DNA of 64,000 nt from Euryarchaeota archaeon RBG_13_57_23 (GCA_001800675.1 MGVW01000005.1:7493-71492), one strand, 5' to 3'; shown: positions 9,645 to 19,858, numbered from the stretch's first letter. Notes: a model not told the origin generated them from the sequence alone. Made by a program: numbers and translations.

Positions 9645-9751
9645 AGGATTACTACTGCACCTATGGCGATGAAGACCAAGCTGGAGATGAGGGCGACCAA
9701 AACGAGTTTCATCATCGTTTGCCGGTCGTGAAGCAGGTCAAGGAGGGCCAT
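9626..9751 (-). CDS. 41-aa single-TM protein immediately downstream of atpD
   Basis: ATG 4 nt after the atpD stop, with GGAG upstream; MALLDLLHDRQTMMKLVLVALISSLVFIAIGAVVILQDLFG. Confidence 0.6.
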   Translation of the reverse strand: MALLDLLHDRQTMMKLVLVALISSLVFIAIGAVVILQDLFG

Positions 9752-9755
9752 CCGT

Positions 9756-10409
9756 TCAAATCTCCGCCTTGGCCTCAGCCCTGGCCTCAGCCTTGTCCTT
9801 GATCCGCTTGAGTCTGAAGATGTTGTCTCTTTCCATCTCCTCGAGCCTGAATGCAATGAACCGTTCGATCTCCTCGAGCTCTGGCAGGATCTTGTATTCG
9901 AGCGCGTTGACCCGGCGCTTCGTCCGCTCGATCTCCTCGATCAGCTTCTTCATCGTCGTCTCGAGTTCGGCCGCCTTCACGACGGTTTCGACAAGGTTCT
10001 CGTAGGCCTCCGTGGCCTCGTCGATCCTCGGGGACGTGCCAATGATGCCGTATCCACGTTCCGTGAGAGGGGCGACGATCTTGCTCGACTTGATGTCGGG
10101 CACGACGACTCCCATCAGGTTCCTGCTCCTCAGCTGTATCTCTGGGTGACCGGTGAGGGCATAAGACGCCGAGCGCACAGCGATGACGCCGTCGACCGCA
10201 CTCGCAATGGCTATCTTCTCGCTGGCTTCCTTGTACCTCCTCGCGATCTCGACCCTGAGATCCTTCGCCTGGTCGAGTATCTTGAAGAACTCCAGGATGA
10301 GTCCGTCCCGCTTCAGCTTGAGTATCTTGTGCCCGTTCTGAGTCAACTTGATCTTCTTCTTGACCTCGAGCAGTTCTGACCTGGTAGGCTGTATCTCTCT
10401 GACCGGCAT
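9756..10409 (-). CDS. atpD: A/V-type ATP synthase subunit D
   Basis: PTRSEL, GHKILKLKRDGL and TKRRVNALE motifs. Confidence 0.97.
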   Translation of the reverse strand: MPVREIQPTRSELLEVKKKIKLTQNGHKILKLKRDGLILEFFKILDQAKDLRVEIARRYKEASEKIAIASAVDGVIAVRSASYALTGHPEIQLRSRNLMGVVVPDIKSSKIVAPLTERGYGIIGTSPRIDEATEAYENLVETVVKAAELETTMKKLIEEIERTKRRVNALEYKILPELEEIERFIAFRLEEMERDNIFRLKRIKDKAEARAEAKAEI

Positions 10410-10416
10410 TGCGCAT

Positions 10417-11796
10417 TCACTTCTTCTTCACAGTCGGGTGATATTTCTCGATGAACTTCCTGTCAATCTTCGTGAGCGAATCTGTGGGCAGCATGGACAG
10501 CAGCTCCCAGCCGAGGTCGAGCGTCTGTTCTATCGTGCGGTCCTCGTCCTTCCCCTGACGTGTGAATCTGTCCTCAAAGGCATCCGCGAAGTCGAGGAAC
10601 TTCCTGTCCCTGTCCGATAGGGCCTCCTTGCCGACGATCGCGACCAGTCCCCGCAGGTCCCTGCCCTCGGCATATGCGGCATATAGCTGGTCAGAGACCG
10701 CCCTGTGATCCTCACGTGTGCGGCCGGGGCCGATTCCCTGGCCCATGAGCCTTGACAGGGACCGCTCGACCGCGATCGGCGGGAATATGCCCTTCCTGTG
10801 AAGGTCTCTGGAGGCGACTATCTGTCCCTCCGTGATATAACCAGTAAGGTCAGGTATGGGGTGCGTGATGTCGTCTCCCGGCATGGAGAGGATTGGGAAC
10901 TGCGTGATCGAGCCCTTCTTGCCTTTGATCCTCCCGGCCCTCTCATACATGGAGGCCAGGTCTGTGTACATGTACCCTGGGTATCCCCGTCTCGCGGGAA
11001 CTTCCTCTCTCGCGGCGCCGATCTGTCTCAGCGCCTCCGAGTAATTCGTGATATCTGTGAGTATCACGAGCACGTGCATCCCGAGGTCGAAAGCAAGGTA
11101 CTCTGCGGTGGTGAGGGCAAGTCTCGGAGTCAGCAACCTCTCGATTGCGGGGTCGTCCGCAAGGTTGAGGAACACGACCGCTCGCTTCAGAGCGCCCGTC
11201 CTCTCGAAGTCCTTCATGAAGTACTGCGCCTCCTCGCTCGTAATGCCCATCGCTGCGAAGACGACCGCGAACTCTTCCTTCCCGCCCAGGACCTTCGCCT
11301 GTCTCGCGATCTGCAATGCGATGTCGTTGTGCGGCAGACCGGCACCGGAGAATATCGGAAGCTTCTGACCGCGGACGAGCGTGTTCATCCCGTCTATCGA
11401 CGAAATGCCCGTCTGGATGAACTCCTGCGGGTTGTCCCTGGCCCACGGGTTGATGGCGGCACCGATGATCTCCAGACGCTTCTCCGGGATGATCGGGGGC
11501 CCGTTATCGAGCGGGTCCCCAGAGCCGTTCAGTATCCTGCCGAGCATGTCCTTCGCAACGGGCATTTTGACGGTCTCTCCGAGGAACTTCACTCCCGAAG
11601 ACCTGTCGATGCCTCCCGTTCCCTCGAACACCTGGATGACCACGACCTCGTCCGATGTGTCCAATACCTGTCCTCTCTTCGTGCTCCCGTCTGGGAGCGC
11701 GATCTGCACGAGCTCGCCGTAGCCGATGGGCTCCGTCTTCTCAACGAAGACAAGTGGTCCTGCAATCTGGTTGATCGTGTGGTATTCCTTCGCCAT
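10417..11796 (-). CDS. atpB: A/V-type ATP synthase subunit B
   Basis: [44 protein letters not shown]. Confidence 0.98.
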   Translation of the reverse strand: MAKEYHTINQIAGPLVFVEKTEPIGYGELVQIALPDGSTKRGQVLDTSDEVVVIQVFEGTGGIDRSSGVKFLGETVKMPVAKDMLGRILNGSGDPLDNGPPIIPEKRLEIIGAAINPWARDNPQEFIQTGISSIDGMNTLVRGQKLPIFSGAGLPHNDIALQIARQAKVLGGKEEFAVVFAAMGITSEEAQYFMKDFERTGALKRAVVFLNLADDPAIERLLTPRLALTTAEYLAFDLGMHVLVILTDITNYSEALRQIGAAREEVPARRGYPGYMYTDLASMYERAGRIKGKKGSITQFPILSMPGDDITHPIPDLTGYITEGQIVASRDLHRKGIFPPIAVERSLSRLMGQGIGPGRTREDHRAVSDQLYAAYAEGRDLRGLVAIVGKEALSDRDRKFLDFADAFEDRFTRQGKDEDRTIEQTLDLGWELLSMLPTDSLTKIDRKFIEKYHPTVKKK

Positions 11797-11801
11797 ATCT
11801 C

Positions 11802-13538
11802 TCACGCTCCCAAAGAGGCGAACTGCTTGTCCATCTCCGCGGCGACCTTCTTCAGGTCGGCATCCATCGTCTCCTCGAACTTCAGCTTCCCGAGGTCCGT
11901 CCTGGACTGCAGCGAGGATATCCTCTCGAGAGGCACCTCGAGCGATATCGCCTTCTTCGCGAGTTCAGAGAATCTCTTTATCGCGCTCATGTACTCGTAC
12001 TGCCTCTTGAGCGGGCTGTAAGTGTCCACCGCATGGTACGCGCTCTGCTGGAGGAAGAATTCCCTGATCATCCTGGCAACATCGAGCGTCAGCCTCTGCT
12101 CCTCAGGCAACGCGTCCGAACCGACCAGCTGCACTATCTCCTGCAGCTCCGACTCCTTCTGGAGCGTCTCCATGGCCCACAGCCTCACCTGGTTCCAGTC
12201 CTCGGCGACATTCTTCCTGTACCAATCCTCGAGGATCGGGCTGTAGAGGCTGTACGAGGTCAGCCAGTTGATGGCTGGAAAGTGCCTTCTCTCCCTAAGT
12301 TTTGAATCGAGCGCCCAGAATACCTTCACGATCCTGAGCGTGTTCTGAGTGACGGGTTCGCTGAAGTCTCCTCCAGATGGGGATACGGCACCGATGACCG
12401 ATATGGATCCAATCCCTCCTGAGAACACCTTGACGCGTCCGCATCGCTCATAGAACTCCGAGAGCCTAGCAGCGAGATAGGCCGGATATCCCTCCTCACC
12501 GGGCATCTCCTCCAACCGTGACGATATCTCTCTCATGGCCTCGGCCCACCTGGACGTTGAGTCGGCCATCAGTGAGACGTCGTAGCCCATGTCCCTGTAG
12601 TACTCGGCTATTGTGATCCCAGTATACACGGACGCCTCTCTCGCAGCGACAGGCATGTTGGAGGTGTTCGCTATGAGAACCGTCCTGCCCATCAGGGGTT
12701 TCCCCGTCTTCGGGTCCTCCAGCTCGGGGAACGTGGTCAGGACCTCTGTCATTTCGTTACCCCTCTCACCACAACCGACATAGATGACGATCTGCGCATC
12801 GCTCCATTTGGAGAGCTGTTGCGACGTTACGGTCTTACCCGTCCCGAACCCGCCAGGAATGGCCGCAGTGCCGCCCTTCGCGAGGGGGAACAGCATGTCA
12901 AGCACCCGCTGGCCTGTCACGAGCGGTATATCTGGCATGAGTTTCTCGACATATGGCCTCGCCTGCCTGACCGGCCACTTCTGCATGAGCTTGAGCTCAT
13001 ACCCAGAATCCAGCTGGCCGATGACATCTTCCACAGTGAAATCTCCGGATGAAATGCTCTTGATCTTCCCCTTCGCGTCATTCGGTGCGAGGACCCTGTG
13101 AATGATGTTGCCCTCCGGCACCTCGCCAAGTATGGTCCCGCGACCGACCTCATCGCCCTTCTTGACAAGAGGAGTGAACTCCCACTTCTTCTTCCTGTCA
13201 AGGCCAGGAGCCGTGATGCCCCTCGAGACGAAGTCGCCCTGGGTCTCCCTCAGGACGGGCAGAGGCCTCTGAACGCCATCGTACACGCTCGAAAGCAGCC
13301 CTGGCCCCAGCTCGACCTGGAGAGGGGCCCCAGTGTCGACGACTACCTCGCCGGGCCTTATGCCTGATGTGTCCTCGTAGACCTGGATGACCGTCTTCTT
13401 GCCCACGAGCTTGATCACTTCACCCATGAGCTTGAGCTCGCCAACCAAGACGACGTCGTACATCCTCGGGGAGATACCCTCCGCCGTGACGACCGGCCCT
13501 GCGACTCTGCTTATCCTTCCCGTTTCCTTCGTAGCCAT
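11802..13538 (-). CDS. atpA: A/V-type ATP synthase subunit A
   Basis: P-loop [28 protein letters not shown]; no intein. Confidence 0.98.
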   Translation of the reverse strand: MATKETGRISRVAGPVVTAEGISPRMYDVVLVGELKLMGEVIKLVGKKTVIQVYEDTSGIRPGEVVVDTGAPLQVELGPGLLSSVYDGVQRPLPVLRETQGDFVSRGITAPGLDRKKKWEFTPLVKKGDEVGRGTILGEVPEGNIIHRVLAPNDAKGKIKSISSGDFTVEDVIGQLDSGYELKLMQKWPVRQARPYVEKLMPDIPLVTGQRVLDMLFPLAKGGTAAIPGGFGTGKTVTSQQLSKWSDAQIVIYVGCGERGNEMTEVLTTFPELEDPKTGKPLMGRTVLIANTSNMPVAAREASVYTGITIAEYYRDMGYDVSLMADSTSRWAEAMREISSRLEEMPGEEGYPAYLAARLSEFYERCGRVKVFSGGIGSISVIGAVSPSGGDFSEPVTQNTLRIVKVFWALDSKLRERRHFPAINWLTSYSLYSPILEDWYRKNVAEDWNQVRLWAMETLQKESELQEIVQLVGSDALPEEQRLTLDVARMIREFFLQQSAYHAVDTYSPLKRQYEYMSAIKRFSELAKKAISLEVPLERISSLQSRTDLGKLKFEETMDADLKKVAAEMDKQFASLGA

Positions 13539-13552
13539 ATGATCCGCTCCCA

Positions 13553-13852
13553 CTACCTTGACTTGTAAAGGTCGATCCCCATCGCCCTTCGAACCTTATC
13601 CCTCATATCGCCTTCATCGAGCCCGACTGGTATGACGACGGGGTCGACGCTCTCCATCATCTTCGTCCTCAGCTGAGGAGGCAACTTCTCGAGGTCCTTC
13701 GTGTAAAGCGCGAGTATGCCGACATCCTCCTCGTCCATGACCTTCACGATCGTCTCGACCAGCTTGTCCGGGGCGACGGCGTACACTTTCCTGATGCCTG
13801 CCAGGCGGAACCCTGTCACGAACTCCTCGGTGCCCACGACAGCGATCTGCAT
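13553..13852 (-). CDS. atpF: A/V-type ATP synthase subunit F
   Basis: MQIAVVG...TGFRLAGI and VRRAMGIDL. Confidence 0.95.
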   Translation of the reverse strand: MQIAVVGTEEFVTGFRLAGIRKVYAVAPDKLVETIVKVMDEEDVGILALYTKDLEKLPPQLRTKMMESVDPVVIPVGLDEGDMRDKVRRAMGIDLYKSR

Positions 13853-13853
13853 C

Positions 13854-14924
13854 TCACACCACCAGCAGGTCCTCGATGACCGTAGTCGAGAGGGCACTCG
13901 CCTTGCCTCTCGCGATTATCCTGATGTTGTCCACTTCCACTTTCTTGCGTATCATGTAGTTCACAATCGGGAGGACCGAGAGCGGGTAGAAGTGGGCGAA
14001 TTTCTCGCTCTTGCGAATGAGCGCCTTATCCAACGCGATCGTGATGCCCGAGAGCTTCCTGTCCGTCTTGAAACGCTCAAGAGGTTCCCTTATGTCGGCG
14101 TACATGGAGGACTTCTCGAGCTCCTCGATTATCGGTGGCATGCCCTCCGCCTGCGCGAGCGCGCGCAGCTTCTCGATGCTGTAGTCCATGCCTCCCGGTA
14201 TCAGATACTTGACGATCTTGTCCTCGGGGATGCGCGCGGCCTTCAGTTTCAGGAGCACCTTGAGGTTCGTCACGTCGATCTCCTCCCTGACGAAATCCCT
14301 GAGCAGCTTGTCCGCGCTGACCGTCCCTTTGACCACCTTGAGGAGGTCGTAGTACATCCTCTGGTCCAGATGGTCCTCCAAGGGTGCCAGCCTGCCCGCA
14401 TCCACGACTTCTCTTACAAGTTCGGGGGTGATCGCGAGTGCAGCGTCCGCAACGAGCGCGTCCATGATCTCGGAGACCGAGCTTGACTGTATCAAGGACT
14501 TCAGGTATGCCTCCGTGTAGGCGCCTGCCGGAACGAGTGTGTCGACTATCTCCTCAGCCCTGACATTGGTCATCTTGCCCCTCAGGAGCGTCTTGACGTT
14601 GTAGATATCCCAGCGCTTCAGGTAGTTCCCGACCATTTCTCTCAGGTGGCCTGTTGTGAAGCCTAGTATGTCGGAATATGTGTTCGCGAGGTTTCGCGTG
14701 ACTGCCACCTCGACCAAGTTGGCACCCGAGTACACCGAGGCGTACTTCGCCATCTCCTCACGGTACTGGGTCTCTCCGAGGAACCTGCCAACTTCGTACA
14801 CGTCCATGACGAGAAGGCGGGAGTAGACGTCCCTCGAAAGGAGGAACCTCTTCTTCGCCTTCACGCGAGTGCACGCGTATGCATAATTGCCTCGGTTGCC
14901 TGCAAACCACATGCTCCGAATCAC
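13854..14924 (-). CDS. atpC: A/V-type ATP synthase subunit C
   Basis: NYAYACTRVKA, DIYNVKTLLRGK, EVDNIRIIARG; GTGA overlap with atpE. Confidence 0.95.
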   Translation of the reverse strand: MIRSMWFAGNRGNYAYACTRVKAKKRFLLSRDVYSRLLVMDVYEVGRFLGETQYREEMAKYASVYSGANLVEVAVTRNLANTYSDILGFTTGHLREMVGNYLKRWDIYNVKTLLRGKMTNVRAEEIVDTLVPAGAYTEAYLKSLIQSSSVSEIMDALVADAALAITPELVREVVDAGRLAPLEDHLDQRMYYDLLKVVKGTVSADKLLRDFVREEIDVTNLKVLLKLKAARIPEDKIVKYLIPGGMDYSIEKLRALAQAEGMPPIIEELEKSSMYADIREPLERFKTDRKLSGITIALDKALIRKSEKFAHFYPLSVLPIVNYMIRKKVEVDNIRIIARGKASALSTTVIEDLLVV

Positions 14925-15478
14925 CCGAACAGCTTCTCGTATATCTCCCGTATCTTCCCGTTCCAGACATCGTCCAGAATGCTCTCGAACCGGTAGTCCA
15001 GACGCACGGTCCTGTCCTTGCTCTCGAATATGAGCCCGCCCGCGCAGTCAACTACTCCTCCGCTGGTCATTCCCGAGGGCAGCTGCAGCAACGGCTTGTC
15101 GGCCTTGTTCGTGTACACATAGCAGTCCCCGAGCTCCTTCTTCGCCTTGGAGACGAGCTTCGAGTAGACCTTCTTGCGTTTGTCCGAAGGATAGCTGGCC
15201 AATTCTTCGAGCGCCTGCGACCTGAGATCCTCCATTACCTTCCTCTGTGCAGCCAGGAGCGTCTTCTTCGATTCCAGCTCCGCGCTCGACAGCTCCTGCT
15301 GTTCCATCTGAGCGGTCTTCGCTTCGGACCTCTTCTCGGCCTTCTGGCGGTTCTCTTGTATCTTCTTGTCCGCCTGGAGGACCTGCTCGTCACGCTCCTT
15401 CTGCCCGAGCTGGATGATCTCTCGCTTGCGCTCCTCTCCCTTGCGGAGGATCTCATCGACTACCTTGTTCAGACTCAT
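14921..15478 (-). CDS. atpE: A/V-type ATP synthase subunit E
   Basis: Coiled-coil N-terminus, GG.I.ES.D....DY.FE, and position in the operon. Confidence 0.93.
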   Translation of the reverse strand: MSLNKVVDEILRKGEERKREIIQLGQKERDEQVLQADKKIQENRQKAEKRSEAKTAQMEQQELSSAELESKKTLLAAQRKVMEDLRSQALEELASYPSDKRKKVYSKLVSKAKKELGDCYVYTNKADKPLLQLPSGMTSGGVVDCAGGLIFESKDRTVRLDYRFESILDDVWNGKIREIYEKLFG

Positions 15479-15537
15479 CCTACCTCAGCTCCGATGATCC
15501 CGGCCTCGTATCGCCGATCTCCGTTCTTCTTCCCGTT

Positions 15538-15768
15538 TCACACCAAGCCGTAGATCAGGAACGCGACGACGAACCCGAAGATGACGATGGTCTCGGGCAG
15601 GACCATCAAGGTCAAGCCCTTGCCGAACATCTTTGGGTCTTCTGCAGTTGCGCCCACCGCCGCCGCTCCGATCTGTGCCTGGGCTATGCCGGTGCCTATG
15701 CCCGCTGCGCCTATTGCGATGCCCGCACCGACAAGCGCCAATCCGACCGCTGTTGGGTCCAATGCCAT
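15538..15768 (-). CDS. atpK: A/V-type ATP synthase proteolipid subunit K (c), single hairpin
   Basis: Two Gly/Ala-rich TM helices, AEDP loop, PET carrying the catalytic Glu. Confidence 0.95.
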   Translation of the reverse strand: MALDPTAVGLALVGAGIAIGAAGIGTGIAQAQIGAAAVGATAEDPKMFGKGLTLMVLPETIVIFGFVVAFLIYGLV

Positions 15769-15781
15769 TTTCTTCTACCTC

Positions 15782-17773
15782 CTATTTCGTTATCACAGAG
15801 TACTTCCTCTCGTAGCTCAAAGGGGAGAATTCAGTACCCCCACCCTCGAAGAACTTTAGGAAGAACTCAACATAGTTCAGCCTGATAGCCTGAATGCCCG
15901 ATGACAGAGCCCCGATGAAGAACACGAAGAACGCTTGGGACACGAACAGCGCCAAAACTCCCAGTATCGCCACGACGATATTCCCGCTCTCGAATATCAT
16001 CGGGAACAGCATGAAGTTGAATGCGACCGCCACCGCACCCTTGCCAATCGCCATCGCAGCCAGTCTTGCGTACGAGACGAGGTTCGTAAACACGCCTACA
16101 ACCTCGGTAAGTGCCATCGCCCCCTCGAAGACCACGATGCCCAGGACGCCTGCTACGATGAGCCCCAGCGCCGGCATCGAGACCTTTATGCCGATCATAT
16201 CGGCGCTCACGTCCGGGATGGGTGAGAGAACAGTCGAGTTCATGAAGTGACTAGTTTGGGTGGCATCTCCCGCGATGACCATCATCTCAGCGAATAGTCC
16301 GAAGAGCACCAGAAGCCACGCGATCTTTCCCACGGCATGTTTCTTGCTGTGCGGGTAGTGATTTACAAAACCGAAGGTGAAGCCGACGGTCAGGTGGATC
16401 CAACCGGCGACGAGCGATATCGCGATCATCTCCATGGAGTCGCGCATCTTGTCGAGCAAAGGATGAATGGGTATGTTCGCGATGACCTCCCAGGAGTGCT
16501 CGTCAGGGTTCTCCACCGGCGGATGGAATGGCACCCCGAAGGCCTCGGCGAACACGAACAGTCCGAACACGCTAGCCATGAATCCGCCTGCCAAGATTAT
16601 CGCACCTAACTTAAGCAGATCAGGGGACGACTTGAACTTCCAGCGAATCATGGCGCCGAGGACGACCAGACTCAGGCCGAATCCTAGGTCGCCTATCATG
16701 AAGCCGAAGAAGAGAGGGAATGTGATGAACAGGACAAGAGTAGGGTCTATCTCCTCGTACTTCGGCGTTGATACGAGATTGATGAAGAACTCGAACGGCT
16801 TAACCGGTTTCGGATTCTTCAGTTTGACCGGAGTCTCCTCGGATTTCTCCGGAGAGACGGTTTCGATGAACGCGAGGCCGCAACACATCGTGTCCAGGGC
16901 CGTCCTTATCTCGTCCACACGGTGACTCGGAGCCCATCCGTCGATGATGAACGAATTTGCCGAAGTCGCAATCCGCAAAGGGGTTTCCGCCTTGAGTATC
17001 TCGATGGATAGGTGCTCATCGGAGCTGATGATGAAGTCTGCGAATTGTTTTCGGATGGCGTCCAGGTCGGCCTCGATCCTTGCCAGGTCCGCCTCAAGCT
17101 CTTTGATCTGCTTGCGAAGCTGGACGACGATCTCGTCCGGGTCGCCCTTCACCTTCGGCAGTTTGATCTCCTGGAAACCGTGCTCCGCCAGTATCTTCGA
17201 GGCCTCCGTGCGGCCTTCGCTCTTTACGAACGCCACAACGACGACATCGGATTTCCTGGCGTCGGCGAACACCTCGCATTCGGCCACCTTGCTCGTCAGA
17301 GCAGCGCTCGGGTCAGTCTTGCATATCCCGACGAAGCTCGAGAGATTGTCATAGCCATCAAAGAGTTCCACTGGTATCGCGAAAGGGACGATTGGCTCTA
17401 GGGCCCTGATCTCCCCTTCCTTCTCCCTGACCAGCGCCTGTATCTTCTGTCGTGAATCTGCCTTGCTCGATGTATTGAGGTCCAGTGTGACAAGCGCCTG
17501 ATCCATCCGAGACCTGATGTCGTGGACGTGCATGGCACGAGCCGGCTTGTGGTCCTCAATCTCGAGAGATCGGATGATCGATCTAAGCTTGAGGAGCTTC
17601 TGAGACGTGTCAGAGGCCGTCGGGAGCGGCTGGCCGATCCTAAATTCCTCATCCTGTTCCGTGAAGTCTATCAGATGGAGTACGCCCAACTCGTAGAGGC
17701 ACTCGATTGTAGCATCGAGGCTTTCAATCGACCCGACGACAACGACCCGCGTCATCTCCTCTGGCTTAAGCAT
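15782..17773 (-). CDS. atpI: A/V-type ATP synthase subunit I (a)
   Basis: PKYEEIDPT, FGFMIGDLG, SYARLAA, RLNYVEFF. Confidence 0.96.
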   Translation of the reverse strand: MLKPEEMTRVVVVGSIESLDATIECLYELGVLHLIDFTEQDEEFRIGQPLPTASDTSQKLLKLRSIIRSLEIEDHKPARAMHVHDIRSRMDQALVTLDLNTSSKADSRQKIQALVREKEGEIRALEPIVPFAIPVELFDGYDNLSSFVGICKTDPSAALTSKVAECEVFADARKSDVVVVAFVKSEGRTEASKILAEHGFQEIKLPKVKGDPDEIVVQLRKQIKELEADLARIEADLDAIRKQFADFIISSDEHLSIEILKAETPLRIATSANSFIIDGWAPSHRVDEIRTALDTMCCGLAFIETVSPEKSEETPVKLKNPKPVKPFEFFINLVSTPKYEEIDPTLVLFITFPLFFGFMIGDLGFGLSLVVLGAMIRWKFKSSPDLLKLGAIILAGGFMASVFGLFVFAEAFGVPFHPPVENPDEHSWEVIANIPIHPLLDKMRDSMEMIAISLVAGWIHLTVGFTFGFVNHYPHSKKHAVGKIAWLLVLFGLFAEMMVIAGDATQTSHFMNSTVLSPIPDVSADMIGIKVSMPALGLIVAGVLGIVVFEGAMALTEVVGVFTNLVSYARLAAMAIGKGAVAVAFNFMLFPMIFESGNIVVAILGVLALFVSQAFFVFFIGALSSGIQAIRLNYVEFFLKFFEGGGTEFSPLSYERKYSVITK

Positions 17774-18101
17774 CAATCGTCCTCTCAAACTCCGAAAGAA
17801 CGAACTCCTTTGCCGTGCCCATGCGCTTCTGGGCGGTGGCGGTCAGTGCGGCGGCCTTTTTCTCCCCTTCGGCAAGGACCGTCCTCTTCTTCTGGTCAAT
17901 CCGCGATTGGGCCTCGGCCACCCTGGCATCCAGCTGCTTCCTGAGAATCGCTTCCGCGCTGTCACTTCTCAAAATCGCCGCACGCTTCCCCTCGGCCTGG
18001 AGTTGCCGCCTTTTCTCCTCGGCCTCCTTCGTCATTATGCGTACCTTCTCTTCCGCATCTTTTATTTGGCGAAGTATGTCGGCCTTGCCCAAGTCAGACA
18101 C
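17766..18101 (-). CDS. atpH: A-type ATP synthase subunit H (peripheral stalk)
   Basis: ILRQIKDAEE coiled coil; first gene of the H-I-K-E-C-F-A-B-D operon. Confidence 0.85.
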   Translation of the reverse strand: MSDLGKADILRQIKDAEEKVRIMTKEAEEKRRQLQAEGKRAAILRSDSAEAILRKQLDARVAEAQSRIDQKKRTVLAEGEKKAAALTATAQKRMGTAKEFVLSEFERTIDA

Positions 18102-18123
18102 GTCCAGTCGCTGATGCGGGTTT

Positions 18124-18136
18124 CGATATAAATAGC
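18124..18136 (-). promoter_or_regulatory. TATA box of the atp operon (probably leaderless transcript)
   Basis: Minus-strand TATTTATATC about 25 nt upstream of the atpH GTG. Confidence 0.6.
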
Positions 18137-18234
18137 CTACGGGGTTCAGATTTTTCGATTTATTTCCCCGCTAATTCGACAATTAACGACAAATGAGGGT
18201 TTGCTTCGATTCTCCGATAGCTCACGCAAGCGCA

Positions 18235-18756
18235 CTACACCTGCAGTTTCTTCGCGAACAATCTCTTGTCCATCCTCGTGACCTTGATACCGGCCTGCTT
18301 GAGCAGTTCGACCCCTGTTAGATCCGAGTAATCATCGATGTAGACGACTCGGGCGACCTGAGCGTTCAGAATCATCCGCGCGCAGATGGGGCACGGAACG
18401 ATAGTCGAATACATCGTGGACGAGCGCGCATTCGTTCCTGCCTGTATCAAGGCGTTCTGCTCGGCGTGCACCGCGGTGCACGTCTCTAGTCTGGTGCCTG
18501 ACGGGATGCCCAGCTTGTCCCTGATGCATCCAATCTCGTGACAGTGCGGGAGGCCTCTCGGATTTCCGTTGTACCCCGAGCTCTTGATCTCGCCAACATC
18601 GCTGACGACGATAGCTCCTATCTGCCTTCGGGTGCAGGTGCTCCTCCGGGAGACCTCGATCGCGATATTCATGAAGTACTGGTCCTTCGATATGCGAGTG
18701 TTCTTCCCGTGGGCCTTCTCCGCCTTCACCTGATACCCCCTCGGCCTCAATCCCAT
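18235..18756 (-). CDS. dCMP deaminase family protein
   Basis: RSTC.RRQIGA, GYNG.PRG, HAEQNA and PCPIC zinc motifs. Confidence 0.92.
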   Translation of the reverse strand: MGLRPRGYQVKAEKAHGKNTRISKDQYFMNIAIEVSRRSTCTRRQIGAIVVSDVGEIKSSGYNGNPRGLPHCHEIGCIRDKLGIPSGTRLETCTAVHAEQNALIQAGTNARSSTMYSTIVPCPICARMILNAQVARVVYIDDYSDLTGVELLKQAGIKVTRMDKRLFAKKLQV

Positions 18757-18870
18757 CTTGACATTTCTAGCTTTGCCTCGGATGGCACCACGCGCTAGCG
18801 CCCTCGCAGGCATGGGAAAGGGTAGAAATAGAGATGGGGCTCTACGAAACGCCACCACAAGGCAATTGGA

Positions 18871-19446
18871 ATGAGCAAGTGGGTTAAGATAGGTGCTGGG
18901 ATCGTCGCCGCCGTCGCGGTGGTGCTTCTAGCGTATGCGGTGCTCACCCCCGAGGACACGACAGATACTACCGACCACATGGGCGTGAATGGTCACATGA
19001 TCTACAGCTCCAGCAACGTCGGGATCATAGCCATCGCGATAGTGCTGATAGTCGGAGCCGTGATGGTAGCCGCCCTTTGGAACGAGTACGAGCCCTTGCC
19101 GCCGAGCATGGTCCCTCCGAGCAAGCCGCCTGAGCGGACGGTCGGAGCTGCCAAGGAACCAGAGCTGCCCGCTGTGGTCCCAAAGGAGGCGCCCCGCACC
19201 CCCTCAGAGGAGACGGAGGCGAGCAGAAACTATCTCGTCCTTCGACTGTTGAGCGGGGACGAGCGTACTATGTTCAAGTCAATCATGGACTCTGGCGGGG
19301 AGGCGCTACAGAAGAACCTGATATCCCAAACCAAGATGTCGAATGCCAAGGTCTCCCGAGTCCTGGACAGGCTGTTGCAGAAGGGCGTCATAACCAAGGA
19401 ACGGTACGGGGCGACGAACAAGGTCAAAATCAAGCCCGAACCGTGA
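18871..19446 (+). CDS. Membrane-anchored winged helix-turn-helix (MarR-like) regulator
   Basis: Two N-terminal TM segments flanking a DHMGVNGHM loop, a Pro-rich linker, then C-terminal LSGDER...GGEALQK.L...SNAKVSRVLDRL..KGVI.KERYGATNKV. Confidence 0.85.
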   Translation: MSKWVKIGAGIVAAVAVVLLAYAVLTPEDTTDTTDHMGVNGHMIYSSSNVGIIAIAIVLIVGAVMVAALWNEYEPLPPSMVPPSKPPERTVGAAKEPELPAVVPKEAPRTPSEETEASRNYLVLRLLSGDERTMFKSIMDSGGEALQKNLISQTKMSNAKVSRVLDRLLQKGVITKERYGATNKVKIKPEP

Positions 19447-19504
19447 TTTTGACCGGGTTTTCAGCCTCTTTTCACCCCAGTGAAAACGTTTTCGCCGCTT
19501 TTCA
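19447..19504. promoter_or_regulatory. Array of phased TTTTCA-like boxes with a central palindrome; putative operator
   Basis: TTTTGA 19447, TTTTCA 19458, TTTTCA 19469, inverted TGAAAA 19481, TTTTCG 19489, TTTTCA 19499; perfect palindrome GAAAACGTTTTC at 19482-19493. Confidence 0.6.
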
Positions 19505-19585
19505 GGATAGGTCCAAGTACCATTTCATCCAAACAGTACACCACGGGCGAATGGAGCCCGAACGACACCCGGAGGTGAAAGAACA

Positions 19586-19858
19586 ATGAAGACGTCAATA
19601 ATGGTGGCCATTGCAGCGGTGGTAGGAGTGCTCGCAGTCGCAGGAGTAGCCGCGGCGGCATCCCCAACAGTTGCGCAAGCCATGGGCCTAGGATCGGATT
19701 CCGGGGACGGCAGCGGCAACATGCACGGATGGCATCACCAGTGGTCATATCAGCATGCGAACCAGAACGACACATGCGGCATGCACGAGTATGACTATGC
19801 CTGGGAGTATGACTACAACTACTCCGACGGCCCCAAGAACTGCACATGCGTGGGCTGA
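19586..19858 (+). CDS. Small secreted His/Cys/aromatic-rich protein
   Basis: Strong SD GGAGGTGA (19571-19578), Sec-type signal peptide ending AAAA, 3' hairpin and pyrimidine tract. Confidence 0.75.
   Translation: MKTSIMVAIAAVVGVLAVAGVAAAASPTVAQAMGLGSDSGDGSGNMHGWHHQWSYQHANQNDTCGMHEYDYAWEYDYNYSDGPKNCTCVG

Noticed and set aside
10798-12021. 407-aa plus-strand ORF and similar long antisense ORFs (22432-23661, 30589-31557, 55817-56764)
   Set aside because: They lie opposite well-conserved genes. Long stop-free antisense frames are expected in GC-rich, codon-biased DNA.
11802-13538. Inteins in AtpA, MCM, Cdc6 or Lhr
   Set aside because: AtpA, MCM and Cdc6 have normal lengths and uninterrupted P-loops. 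The extra Lhr length is C-terminal and lacks splicing or LAGLIDADG motifs.
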